DNA of 64,000 nt. Origin: Anthoceros angustus (Eukaryota; Plantae; Anthocerotophyta). Position 1 is the first letter of the stretch. Every line of letters begins with the position of its first letter. A program made the translations under genes and the position numbers. The stretch lies in contig VJWM01000117.1 of assembly GCA_010909165.1 (NCBI GenBank), positions 868,001 to 932,000 of the forward strand, written 5' to 3'. Below the pieces are notes generated by a model, which did not search any database, had not been told where the DNA came from, and saw nothing but the letters and a program-made list of their open reading frames with translations. Shown one piece after another: positions 43,251 through 55,789 of this stretch.

Positions 43251-44487
43251 ACTCGTGATCTTCACCGTTGTCCTCTGGACATGGTCTCCCTTCTGGCCTC
43301 TTAGTTTGGACAAAGGGAAGCACGAGGATGACGATGAAAATGAAGGTCCACTTTCTTAGAATCGAATACTGTTGTTTTTTGTTGAAGTTGCCCCTAGAAG
43401 GTGAAGCAGCCAGGATATGAGCGAAAGGTACAGCAAACCTGTAAAACGGGCTAACAGGGGACCATGGCGCACCAAAGGGAACGGCACCCGCTGTGCGGCT
43501 TGGGTGAGTGTATGAGGTCTCCACTGTTGGAGTCTCACCCTTTTGAGTTCGGTAACTATCTATGAGGACTAAGGATGTAGGCCTGATTCTCAAGTGAAGG
43601 TAGAGCTGATCATAATTTTCTTTCCCGCTTTCTAAACTGAAAATATCGTTAGGTGATCTATTGACAGCTAACAGGCAACTCCTAACATGTCAATTAGATT
43701 GGAAAATCTTTGAGGAGCATTCTTAGAATGAGGGAAAGTGCTAATCGAAAAATGGCTTCCCCAAGGTCTTCTTCCTCACCCAATCCCTTCTTCATGTTGC
43801 ATGTTTGGAAGACTGTAGGTAAATAATCTTACTGCGCATATTTACTCGGAAGTCTTAGTTCTCATGCATGATCGATCTCACTTGTGATGAAAACCGCAAC
43901 TTTCAAGATGGAATTAGTAGTGGAAGGGGTGGATGAAGGAACGTACCCATAGCGCATGGGTCGGTCCAAAGCCAGTAGGTGGAGGAATAGATGTATGAAT
44001 GCATGGCATATAGATAGATGCATCCGGAAAGTTGAATATGGAAGTGAACCTGAACATGGATAGAGAGATATATTCTTGCAGCATATGCATAGAGATGTAT
44101 TCATGTGCATGAATGAAAGTGCGACAAATGTATAGATGTTTGTAAGAACATGCCTATCCTCTTCAAGAAGAGAAGAGATTGTGTCTTGGCATTCTCAGCA
44201 TACACCCTTCAGCCTTACCTTTTTTTCCCAACATGTAGGAGCAAAGATTTTTAACAATAATAAACTCAAATTTCAACTCTTAAAACAGCTTATATCAGCA
44301 TCACCTCAATGAGGAAGCGACCTAGAAAATAAGAACTACCAAGGGTCACCACATGCCGAGCTCTTTTTTAGGATTTTCTATGTTTTATCCCCTGCTCAAT
44401 AGCTGTGCTTGCTCCCTCACTTGAATTGCTTGGAGCATGATCCTTCTCAACTTCATGTTTCCGTAAGTTCTCATCACATAATCATGA

Positions 44488-45273
44488 TTAAAGACCACAC
44501 ACTATATCATTGAGAAGCTCCATGAGAAGGTCCATTGCATCACCTAAAGAAAGTAATTCAGGCAAAAATTTCATATATAAATCATTAACTTTTTTAGCAT
44601 CATTGGGAGTTGCCATCATCAACATATTTAATATTTCATTGTTCATAGAATCCAAACTAGTGTGCTGCTCATGTTCCGATCTAGCTTGCAATATGTGAGT
44701 TTTTATTTTAGCAAGCAAATCGGCTCTTTTAGATACCAAATCGATTACTATCTCTTCAAATTCCTCAAATTCATCAAATTCCTCAAACTCCTCAAATTCA
44801 TCAAATTCATCAAATTCCTCAAGTTCCTCAAGTTCCTCAAGTTCCTCAAATTCTTCAAAGTCATCGTCGAAGTCAAATATTACAGCTCTACAATTGGGGC
44901 ACGTTGCATTATTATTATTCAACCATTGCATGAGACATTCCTGATGAAAAATGTGATCACATTCAAACATTTCCATAATCTCTTCGTCTCTATTGATGTT
45001 TTCTATGCAAATGGTACAGTACTTAGGCTCATCACTATCATGTTGGGTTGCTGCCGTATTTGCTTCTTGAGTTGGACCATTAATATCCACCTCATCTGCT
45101 CCTTGAGTTGGACAATTAACATCCACCTCATTTGCTTCTTGAGTTGGACCATTAACATTCACCTCATTTGTTTCTTGAGTTGGACCATTAACATTCACCT
45201 CATTTGCTTCTTGAGTTGGACCACCAGCATTCACCATATCTGCTTCTTCACTTGAACCATTAAAATCCACCAT
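44488..45273 (-). CDS. Intronless RING-H2 protein with 12-aa N-terminal repeats, (EEF/L)n acidic tract and helical C-terminus
   Basis: Uninterrupted 261-aa ORF. It has GPTQEANEVNVN repeats (36 bp unit), CTIC..CDHIFHQEC..CPNC (C3H2C3) and a 9-bp gaggaattt-type repeat. Confidence 0.7.
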   Translation of the reverse strand: MVDFNGSSEEADMVNAGGPTQEANEVNVNGPTQETNEVNVNGPTQEANEVDVNCPTQGADEVDINGPTQEANTAATQHDSDEPKYCTICIENINRDEEIMEMFECDHIFHQECLMQWLNNNNATCPNCRAVIFDFDDDFEEFEELEELEELEEFDEFDEFEEFEEFDEFEEFEEIVIDLVSKRADLLAKIKTHILQARSEHEQHTSLDSMNNEILNMLMMATPNDAKKVNDLYMKFLPELLSLGDAMDLLMELLNDIVCGL

Positions 45274-45994
45274 ATTTGCTTCTTCACTTGAACCGGTTAA
45301 ACACTGCCGCTCAAATTCTATCGCGATATCACACGTTTAACACCTATATGTAGAGCAAAGCCAAGCTATACGAGAACATCTTCATATATTGTAGTTCAAA
45401 CTACATCATGTTATAACACACGTACAGCCCTCATATAGCGGCAAAGCTAAGCTATAGTGAGAACATCGTGTAATACCGAAGATTTATTTTGTTTCGTTCA
45501 AAGCAAAAAAGTTATATGGAATAATTTAGGGTTTGCGCCTCATAAGAATTCTATTGTACCCTAAACCCCACGGCAGCCCATTAGCATCTTATTGAAGGTA
45601 TTTTCTGGCAGCCCCATGGCTAGAAGGTAATGTGTTGCTAGACTTGCAAGAGGGGGACGGCGATAACGCTGGTCTGAGCCATATAAACATGCAACCCTTG
45701 CAGACTTTGGATCACTACCAGACCATGTCTTGTAAATTAAATTAGTATTCTATAAGTCCCCAAGTATGAGGCAAGCTTGACTGGTGGGCTTCTTATGCCA
45801 AGAAATAGCAAGAGATCACTACCGGACCATGTCTTGTAAACTAATATGCTGTAAGAGATTAGTATTATGTAAGTCCCTAAGTACGAGGCAAGCTTGAACG
45901 ATGGGTTCCTTTTGCCCACGAGATAGCAAGAAAGAGTTTGTATTCTTTTTCATCGTATGTCTGGCATGCTAGCATGGGATGTGAAATGTTATCT

Positions 45995-46280
45995 GAACCA
46001 GAATCTAACCGGACCTCCTTTGGGATTTCCTTGACTAGTATCTTGAAGGAGGCTTTGTATTTGAACTGCTTTGGGCTTTCTATGTGTGTATCTAACCGGA
46101 CCTGCTTTGGGATTTCCTTCACTAGTCTCTTGAAGGAGGCTTTGTATTTGGGATTTCCTTCACTAGTCTCTTGAAGGAGGCTTTGTATTTGGGATTCCTT
46201 CACTAATCTCTTGAAGGAGACTTTGTATTTGGGATTTCATTCACTGGGCTCTTGAAGGAGACTTTGTATTTGGGATTTCA
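45995..46280. repeat. ~41 bp minisatellite
   Basis: gggatttccttcactagtctcttgaaggaggctttgtattt repeated about 5 times with variation. Confidence 0.85.
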
Positions 46281-46716
46281 GGCTTCATCATCTCATCGGA
46301 GGCTTCATGCCTAGGTCTTGTCCACAAAGTTATCTGAAATATGAGTGGACCTTGTTTGCTAGGTTTCGACCCTCAGGCTCACAAAGCATGCCATAAAAAG
46401 AGCTCAAGTAGGACCCGTCCTAGCTGGGTTCATCTCAGTTGCTGACACCCTAACCCACAAAACCGCATGTGTCCGGGGCATAACATCCATCAGCAACAAA
46501 ACATTGAACTTTCGTCAAAACCGAATACGTGTCATATGGACCCACTCTACAATGTCATACTACCTGCAACTCGAAGCATCACGTGCTAAGATTCAGAGAA
46601 AACTAGAGGTCAGAGGTTTGACCAAATACAAAATTGTTTGGGTTCCACCATCCGCGCTTCACCATCCAGTTCGACTTCGCTCTAAACAGTATCTCGCATC
46701 GCCCACCTGTAGGACT

Positions 46717-49700
46717 CTACTCCGGAATGATGTGCTCTCCGTCCGCATCCTTCTCGTCCTCAACCTTCGTAGTTGGCCCCGAAGGTGCATTCTTTTCCTT
46801 TTTCTTGATGCCACTTACGATGTTGTCGATTCTCAGAAGAAGACATGCCGCTTCAATTGCCGTCTTGAAGGTTTGCACTTTCACCCCAAATGAATCCCAG
46901 ACCTGTCAAGAGGAATATATGGTTCAAGTCACAAACCCATTTCCTACACAACATGGCACACAAGCCACCAGCGGAATCAGCTTACCCCAAGCTCTTTCAT
47001 GTCACGGATTTCACCAGTGTTTCCATCAACCCCGAAGAGAGCATTCTTACTATTAGCATGCTGTGCAGAGCAGAAGAAAACCGACTTGAGTTAATTGGAA
47101 CAGAAAGGCATAGAGACAGTAACGTTAAGAAGAACAAAGATGCTGATCAGGCCCATCAGGCTGACCTTTGCTTGCAAAGCAGTCATGGTCCGGATCACAT
47201 TAACACCACAGTTTTGGGCTATTGTTCGAGGAATAACCTCAAGAGCTTGAGCCACGGCTCTGTAGGGCAGCTGCAAAGGAGACCAGGTGTCAGTGCCATC
47301 TGAATACGAAGAGACCATAAAATTAGACCCTTGCCTTCCAAATGCAGTACCTGCTCAACGCCTTCCACAGATGCACTTTTCTTCTTAAGAGCAACGGAAA
47401 CTGCCATCTCTGCAGCACCTCCACCTGGAACAAGCCTTGCATCCTTGATGATGTTCCGTGCAACTCCCATGGCATCCTTGGAAAGTAGCGGGGGTCAAAA
47501 AAATAAGGCCCATCAGATACTGTAGGCTCAAAAGGTTCAAAGTACAAATCCAGCTAATGCCAACACGACCGACAGCTACCTGTAAGTTCCTCTCCATTTC
47601 GTTCAGCACATCTTTACTACCACCTCTCAACAGAATGGTACAGGCTTTTGGATCCTTGCAATCAACAATGAACGTGAAAAACTCATCTCCCAGCTTTTTA
47701 ACTTCAAATAACCCTGCAGATGTTCCAACATCGCTCTCAACCAGCTCATCTGGTCTGTTTACGATAGTAGCACCACAAGCACGAGCTATTCTGTTGTTGT
47801 CGGTTTTGCGGACTCTCCTAATGGCACTCACTCCAGCCCTGCTCAGATAATGGCTGGCAAGGTCACTTAAGCCCTTCTCTGTGATCACAACATCAGGCTT
47901 GAAGTTGATAATTTGATTGCACATATTTTCGATGTACTCTTCTTCCATCTCCAACAGGGCAGCCCTGCAGCCACAGAAACCACGCACTGCATTAGGCAGC
48001 AGCATCGTTAGTTTTCACAATCGAATAGGCTGCTCGCTGTTGTGCATTCTCACCAGTCTTCTTCATTCACTAATTCAGCATTCGTCATGTTCTCCCCTTT
48101 CTTATACTCCAGCGGGCAGTCAAGCAAAATGATCCGAGGATTCGAAATACGACGTCTCATCTTCCCTGGTAACACCACATCCTTGTTGAACATTACCCCA
48201 GAGAGAACCCTAGAATCCTCAAATTGGCCTCCCGCAATCTTCTCAACCTTGACATATTTCTTGATGTCCGCTTCTCGTAATCCAGTCCCTACGTCATCGG
48301 CGACTAGTGAAACTGAGGTAACTGCAAGCTCCTGGAAGAAAAACAATCCAACATGGGAAAACCATACAGTTACGCCCTAATTATCAAATAACTGAACCCT
48401 GTGACAATTCAGGAACAATGCCACAACATGCACCCTGCCTGCAAAAGACAAGCCACTCACTGCAATCAGTGTGCCAAACCGGCTCGTGAACTTTGTCTCC
48501 ACACAGCTCTGCACAATTTGAAGCATCTTTTCACCTGTAGAGGGTACAATAGTCTCCATATGAAGTTCTACCAAACGCACTGGATGGCCTGACGCTTACA
48601 CAGTAGCATGCACTAATATAAACCATTTCTTTTTTTTTAAATATACTTACGGTCATTGACATCAACTTCAAAGCTCACATCCTTCAGTGCTGCAATTGCG
48701 TCTTCAAGAGCTTTTGTGTATGCTGATTCACGTACAGCAAACAGGGTCACAGACCCAGAGCCTGATAAAAGGCATCAACATCAAGATGCAGACAGCTTGT
48801 GCTTCAAAACGTCCAAATACCTTGGCAAACTACTGTCGGATGGACAGCCCTCTCCAAGAACGGCCCTGCAACATGCAGCATCTCTCCAGCTGGAGACCAG
48901 ACCACACATTTCAAAGTATTCAGCAACAGAGCAACTCCTCAACTTTGCCTTGAAAAAAAGCACAGAACAATGCCAATATCAAGGGAGAGGCATCTGATTA
49001 GAACCTAAAATGATCACAGAGGTCGTTCCATCTCCAACCTCTTCATCCTGAGTGCGACTGAGCTCAATCATGATCTGCGAGTGACACGGAAAGGAAAGGG
49101 ATTCCAATGTCAAACACCGTCCTTCGCATTATCAAGCCACAGTCCACCCCAGAAACAGCCGTCAGAAAGGGAAACATGAGGCTGCAACAATACCTTCGCT
49201 GCAGGATGTGACACATCTAACTCCCGAAGAATAGCATGCCCATCGTTTGATAACACTATGCCTGTCCACCAACCCACCAGCACAACGAGCTCAAGCCCTC
49301 AGAAACGGAGGCTACCAATACCAATCCAACAGTGCTTCTTTGCACCTACCTCCCCCAGCGTCCAGCAGCATCTTGAGCATGGACCTCGGGCCAAGAGTGG
49401 TGCGGATAATGTCCGCCACCGCCTGCAATTTCCATTCATTCAGCCACATTGCCACAGAGCAGTCCTCCTCAGCTCCAACCTCCAACCCCTGCCAAATAAT
49501 CGACAACGATCTCACCTTGGCAGCACTGATATTCGCATGGAAGACCCGATTTCCAGTCTCCCGCTTCGTCGACTCATCTGACACCACCCAAAAAAGAAGA
49601 ACATTAGGTCAGTCCACAGAACCAGCTCCACCCAACCTAACGCCCAGTTCAAAGAAGAAGGAGAAAGCGGGGAAGGGAGGTGAGCAAGATGGAAATGAAG

Positions 49701-49782
49701 CAGACGAGGGCAAACAGAACCAGCAGGTCTCCACGAGCCTGCGGAGCACACACGTACTGAGAACAACCATCGGCGAATTCAT
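46717..49782 (-). CDS. CCT3: T-complex protein 1 subunit gamma (chaperonin CCT3), complete multi-exon gene
   Basis: MNSPMVVL, AVADIIRTTLGPRSMLKMLLDAGGG, QDEEVGDGTT, KYVKVEKIAGGQFEDS, LDCPLEYKKGEN, RRVRKTDNNRIARACGA, GGGAAEMAVS and RIDNIVSGIKKK..HIIPE*. Confidence 0.96.
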
Positions 49783-50305
49783 CTTGCCGTGGCGAAGCTT
49801 CCGATCCAGGCGCGTCGCTTTGCTGCTGCGCGGGAACAGGGCGTTCAGGCGAAGTACAAGCCAGCCGAAATTCGGCTACATAAAACAGCCGAGTTTACAA
49901 GCTCACAGGCAGGACACAGCCAATGTCGTAATGCCGGGCCGGGCCGGGCCGGGCCGGGCTGGGTCGAAATGGAATCGGACGGCCGACCCCGGCCCGAGGC
50001 CCGTCCAGTTTCTGTATGTAAGTATGTAGTGTGTCCTCGCCGACTTCAAATTCGTTGGGCCCGTGGTTATCTCTTTTTCCTCGGCGCATGACTGGAGGGA
50101 TTTCCGGCGTGCCGACGATTAAGCTTTCTTCTTCTCCGCTTGCTGCTGCCGCGCGGTGGAGCACATCCCCATGCATCGACGGCAGGCAGGCCGTGCCGTG
50201 CTGCCTCGGCGGCAGCAACCGCATTCTTGCCTGCAGCAGCTGTGAATCGGGGAGCGGCGGGAGCGCGGGGGGAGGAGCGACGCAGAGGCTCATTCTGCTG
50301 GCCAG
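49783..50305. promoter_or_regulatory. Short bidirectional promoter between CCT3 and WAPL with (GGGCC)n site-II-like motifs
   Basis: The divergent ATGs are ~520 bp apart. gccgggccgggccgggccgggccgggc lies at ~49933-49960, with ggccc/gggccc motifs at 49990-50060. Confidence 0.6.
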
Positions 50306-53300
50306 ATGATTGTCCGCACGTACCAGCGGCGGCAGGCGCGGCGCGCGCAGCAGCGTGTCAGATCCAGGGATCGGTGCCAACTCCGTGTGGAGCAGCTCGC
50401 AGGAGTCCTTCACGTCCTCCTTGTCGGCTCTGGACGAGCTCCGGAACAGCGGCGATGATGTGGTGAAGGCCTTGGAGATTCCGGAATTGTCGCATTCCAG
50501 TGGCAGGCTCAAGAAGCCCGGGTTCCGGAAAGATCGCAGGCTGCCGGACCGTCATCCGAATGCGAAGCGGTCTAAAGTGGAGGATGGGAGCAAGCAGCGC
50601 ACCAGCTTAGGCATCCAAGCTCGGGTTCTGCTGCAGAGCTCGCAGGTGGAGTCGCAGAAGGCGGCTCCCGTGGCGGAGCCGGCCAGGAGTAGTCCGGCGT
50701 GGGGAGCCTGTTCTGCTGCTAGCTTGATGGAGACGAAGGAGTCCGGGGAGCTGCTGGAGCATGTGGATGAAGCTAATTTTGCGATGGACGGACTCAGGCA
50801 TGACCAGCCGGTGTTCGTGCAGCGGGCCAGCCTCGCTTCCATTTTGTCCCTCTGCGGATCGCTGCAGAAGCGGAGGATTCTGAGAATTCAAGGGTAAATG
50901 TCTGATTTACGGCTTGGAAGCGTGGTGATGGCCATTTTTTGAAGGATGGGATTTTGGAAGATGTGTGCTGTTGCGGTTTGCAGTTGGATCTTGCTGGCGC
51001 GTCGCATTAATGCAGCTTTGTGGTGTTTGTTGCAGAATGTGTAAGCCTTTGCTTGATGCCGTTGTCGCCTTACCGGCAGATGACCCTCCAATCGCGCTGG
51101 GTGCAGCTGCGGTTCTCTATTTGTTGGCTATTGATGTAAGCTGTAGCTCTGGAGGAGTGCCGTGCTGTTCGTGCCGTGGCATGCTGGCTGAATGAATTGT
51201 GCTGGCGCAGACTCACGATGAGGACTTGCTCGATTCGGCTGCGTGCATCCAGTTCTTGATGAGACTACTTGGTGCGGGCGTTTCTCAACGGGCTGAGAGA
51301 AGCAGGGGGCTGTCTTCCGTTGGCGCAAAGCTGTTGAAGCTGAGCTCGAGTTCATCCCTGAAGAAAGCTGGCAGTTCTGGATCTCAGGCACCTGATGCTG
51401 GGGCAGCGTCAGTTTTGGCAAAAGTTCGGGAGCTTTTTGGAAGCAACAACCATGGGAAAGTTGGAGGAAGCAAACAAGGGGATGACAGGGGATGGTTGCA
51501 CGGGGAGGAGGTCAGCTCCAAATGGCTTGCCTTGCTGACTCTCGAGAAGGCCTGCATCTCGACTGTTGTTCTGGAGGGTAAAGGCTCACTAAATTAGGGT
51601 TTCTTTGGCTACTTGCGTTGCAACGTGATCTGGCAGTGCTTGGCTGCATTTCTATTTAGCCGCATTCTGATACGGCACTACCCCGGGGTTGTTCATCAGC
51701 ATCTGAGTATGATCCCCTTCTTTGTCTTCTTACGTGCAGTAAGCTGCCGTGTGGAAGTTCTCAAATCTGGGCAGGCTCTGAGTTTCCCAGGGAAATTATG
51801 CATGATTCTTTGGAATCTTCCTCAACGAAGCATGTGTGATGTGTCCTCTCATTTCTACATGGCCTACTTCTGTAGGCGTTCCCATAGACTAACAAGCCTT
51901 GTGCTGTTTGGTTGCGGTCGTAGTAGGGATCTGCGCTGTCTCGCTGTGGTTTTGTTTGTATGCACAGACGTGCTGATGTAGAGAGTGACCTACTGCTGGT
52001 AGGTGCTGAGTTGGCGATGAGCTTAGATTTGACAGGAGCTTTGCTGCATGCAGATGTCTCTGGCAGTGTGAAAAAAGTTGGTGGGAGCTTCAAGGAAAGG
52101 CTGCGTGAGCTTGGTGGCCTGGACACAGTCTCGTGTATTGCTGCAAGTTGTGTATCCAACCTTAGGGTAGGCTATCTGACCAGAAGCTGGAATTTCTTAT
52201 GTAGTGAATCTTTGGACTTCATGTGAGAATGGCGTGACAGTGTACTGATACGCATGAGCGCTCGCAGGCTTCATTGAAATCTGTTGATCGTAAAGAGGGA
52301 GACGTTGGGTTCGACCGTCCAGAGGCATGTGGGGGAGCTGGTATGCTCCTGAGATGCTTTCGGGTGATGGAGAATGTTACATTCCTTAGCGAGCCGAACC
52401 GGGTACGTCATCTTGGCAGTCGAATGCTCACAGATGATGTGCATAGTAAAATCAATCTATTTCAGCTCCGTTTGATTTCATCAAAAAGTTGTCATCATCA
52501 TTGTGATGTCATCAAGAACCTCTCATCATCTTAATGTTATCAAGAGCATACCATCATCCTGATGTCATCAAGAGTTTGAAAACATTTGACCTCAATTGAG
52601 TTCGTGTTAGTTTGCTCTCAGAAGCACCTGTTGGAATTGAGGCTGCGGAAGGAGGACAACAGAGCGCCTAGCTCATTTGTTGAGCTTTTACTGGATGCCA
52701 GCAAGGTTCTGTCAGGTTAGTAAAGTTCTTCTAAAGAGTAGGTGGAGTTCGAGTAAACTCCTGTGATAATACTAGCTAGTTTGCACATTGTTTGCAACTT
52801 CACATTTGTTCTCATGGGAAGATCATTGTTGGCTGCCTTTTTCTGCTTTTGCCTGCTGTTATGGCCTTGCACATGGTTCATTTGACTGGGTTTCGTTGTG
52901 TGCCTTTGTGGACAGAACTAGTAAGTAGACGGAAAAGCCCACACAGGACATCCAGTGATGCAGAGAATGCTGCGAGTCTGGACTCCTTCCTGAAACCTGT
53001 AGAAGAGGCAGTGACCATGGCAGTTCATGCAGCTGCTAAGGAAGGAGGTATTTCTGTACATGCAATTTCTTCTTTTCAGCTTTGCAGTTGTAATTTAGAG
53101 AATCAGTGCACTCTTTGGGAGATTGATGACCTAGCTGTACTTGTAGGCGCCAAGTCGTTTGACTTCCAACTTTCTCAAGAATCTCAGGTCTCTTCTAGTT
53201 CCAGAGGGTTGTCTTACAAACGGCGGGCAGCTGTCAAAGCTGCGATGTCTGAGGTTGGAGATCATCAAAGGGGACAGAGCAACAAGGACTTGTGTGGTCC

Positions 53301-54960
53301 AGAACTTCCCGCATCAGATTCTCAAGAGGTGGACCAGGAATGTTTAGAACTAGTGAGCATGGAAGCTGTTAGGAAATTTAGTGCCAAGGAAACATTAGCT
53401 GCTGGGTCTTGCAATGAACTTGCCATTGCACAGCAGAAGGAAGGACGTAGGCTATGGAGAATAGATGGGAAATCAAAGATACGGGAGCCTGTATATGCTC
53501 GTGACACTGTTGAGGACCAGACAGAGTCCTCCAGTGTGTCTCTCGATCGATTTAGTTTGTGCTCTATGGATGAAATAGCAAGAAGTTCTGAGATGAACCT
53601 TGCTGGTGACTCAAGCTCCTGGCAACCCATAGCAGTGGATGCTGGCGGAGATCCTGGTCAAGTGGACTCTGCTTTGTTTGATGAGTGCCTGTTGTCAGCT
53701 GTGAAGGTTATTTTAGTGCCTTACCACCTTTGTTGCAGAGTGGCTGATGAAAGACTTGTGCTATTCCTCATCACGTGCTCACTCTTCTTCCCAAATATAT
53801 GCCAACTGATCTTTCTCTTTCTGTCTGCAGGTTCTAATGAATCTGACCAATGATAACCCTGTTGGGTGTCGGCAGGTCGCTTCATTTAATGGCCTTGACA
53901 CCATGGCATCACTTATAGTTCAACATTATGCTGTTCCATATTCACTTCCTCAATGTGAAGGGCTGGTGAGGGCACAGGTTGGCATTGAGGCAGCGGATTT
54001 GGCATCAAGACCAAAGCTTGCTGAGGAGGACTTAGACTTGTTAGTTACAGTATTGGGGGTGCTTGTCAACCTTGTGGAGAAAGATGATGGAAACAGGTAC
54101 AGTTCTCTCTTGTGCCTGGGCATGCTGCTTTGAAGTGATATGATGCAACACAGGGTTGTGACAGCATTGTTTATGCAGGGCGCGACTTGCAAAGATGGAT
54201 ATTGTGCCACCTGCGGTTGCAAATGATTCATCTTGGGAGAACATGGATATGATATCCTTATTATGTCTCGTGTTCCTAAGCAAATACGGGGCTGGCGAAG
54301 TGAGAGAAGATAACGTTCCTTCTGAGGTAACCATCTGGTTGTTGTCCAGCTGCGGTAGATGGTAGTTTTGATGGTTGCACAATACGTGTCACTTGGATGG
54401 GCCTGTTCATGCTCAGTGATGATCACCACTTTGTAAAACTCGAGAAAACCTTGGCTGCAGGTACATGACGAGGCAAAGTTGAAGCGGGAAGCTGAGGACA
54501 TGATCGTTGAGGCATATGCTGCACTACTGCTCGCATTCTTGTCTACTGGCAGGTTAGTCCAGGCTGCTAGTCCCCACTGAACCACACCTTCACAACTTGC
54601 CGCTGTGAACAAAACCCAGCAACCTGGACGTCCTTAGTTCTTAATTTTTCTGGCTGTTCTAATACTTGTATGTTTGCGACATTGCAGTGAATACACACGT
54701 TCAGCAATTGCCGAACGCCTCCCCAAAGAAGGGTTGAAAGTGTTAGTGCCAGTGCTGGAAAGGTTCCTGGTGAGTGTGCGCTGTTTAACCTCGTATGTAT
54801 CTGTCGCTGCGCACGGTGTGTGGACCATTTCAGTGGAGCTCATTCATTCTCCTCCCGTGTATCATGGCAGGCCTTCCATCTCTCATTAAACATGATATCT
54901 CCCGAGACACAAGCGTCTGTGGAGAATGTCATCAACTCGTGTAAGCAGCCATTGAGATAA
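50306..54960 (+). CDS. WAPL: Wings apart-like cohesin release factor
   Basis: MIVRTYQRR, LMETKESGELLEHVDEANFAMDGL, QRASLASILSLCG, KWLALLTLEKAC, GGSFKERLRELGGLD, LLRCFRVMENVTFLS, VLMNLTNDNPVGCRQ, DLLVTVLGVLVNLVEKD, EAEDMIVEAYAALLLAFLS and VPVLERF..VENVINSCKQPLR*. Confidence 0.92.
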
Positions 54961-55789
54961 ATATTCTTATGTCATCTTAAATACTTATTCTCCATTTGTT
55001 GCAACGTCGATGCACCTTGCCGCCTCCAATTCAAGCCTGAACTGAGGACGTATCGCTCCTTTGCAAAGTTCGGTAACGGGTACCGAAATCAGTCAACCAA
55101 CATCACTGATTCGGACTACCTACATGCTTCTGTATTGGTCTTTTGCGTAGCAAGTCAACTACACGTAACGTTCGAGGTACATACATACATACATATTCTC
55201 TTGTGGACAAAATTCTGTCTATTATTATTTACATTTCCAGATTTTCTAAAGCACATTTAACACAGTCCTGTATGTATGTACCACCTAAATGGTGTTGTGG
55301 TAACATGCTACACGTGAAGACCAACTTTGGTTGCAGGACCACGTGGGGCCGTGGCGACCATCACAAGAAGCGGCCCGGCCCAGGTTTGGCGCTTCCGACC
55401 AATGCGACGTATAAGAAACGGCTGGTGGCGACCACCCGGTGCCCCGTCGCCTTGCTCGCAAATGTCGGCTGCAATGCGCCTGGCCGCCTTGACGCACCGC
55501 GTCGATGCATCGCAGGCGCAATTGCGGTTTTTCACGTCGGCAGGTCTGTCCCTGCTTCCTGAATGGCATTGTTTCCTTCCCATTGCATCTTCTGAATGGC
55601 ATTCCTGGTGCTGATTCCCGAATTTGGAGTTGGAATCAGAGCTACAACGAAGTCGAAATGCAATTTATTAACATTTTGAGGGCCTGCTGCAGGCCTGGGA
55701 GCTTCTTGCGTCGTCTGTCAGCACTGCTGGCAGTGCTCCCAGCAGCGGAGCACGCAGACTCAGGTGCGCAGCTGCTGGGAAGGCCGCAG

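Noticed and set aside
45877-46203. Repeat-containing protein gene
   Set aside because: The repeat unit is ~41 bp, not a multiple of three, so frames shift between copies.
52792-53853. Separate 353-aa gene
   Set aside because: It is a large internal WAPL exon region read through flanking introns.
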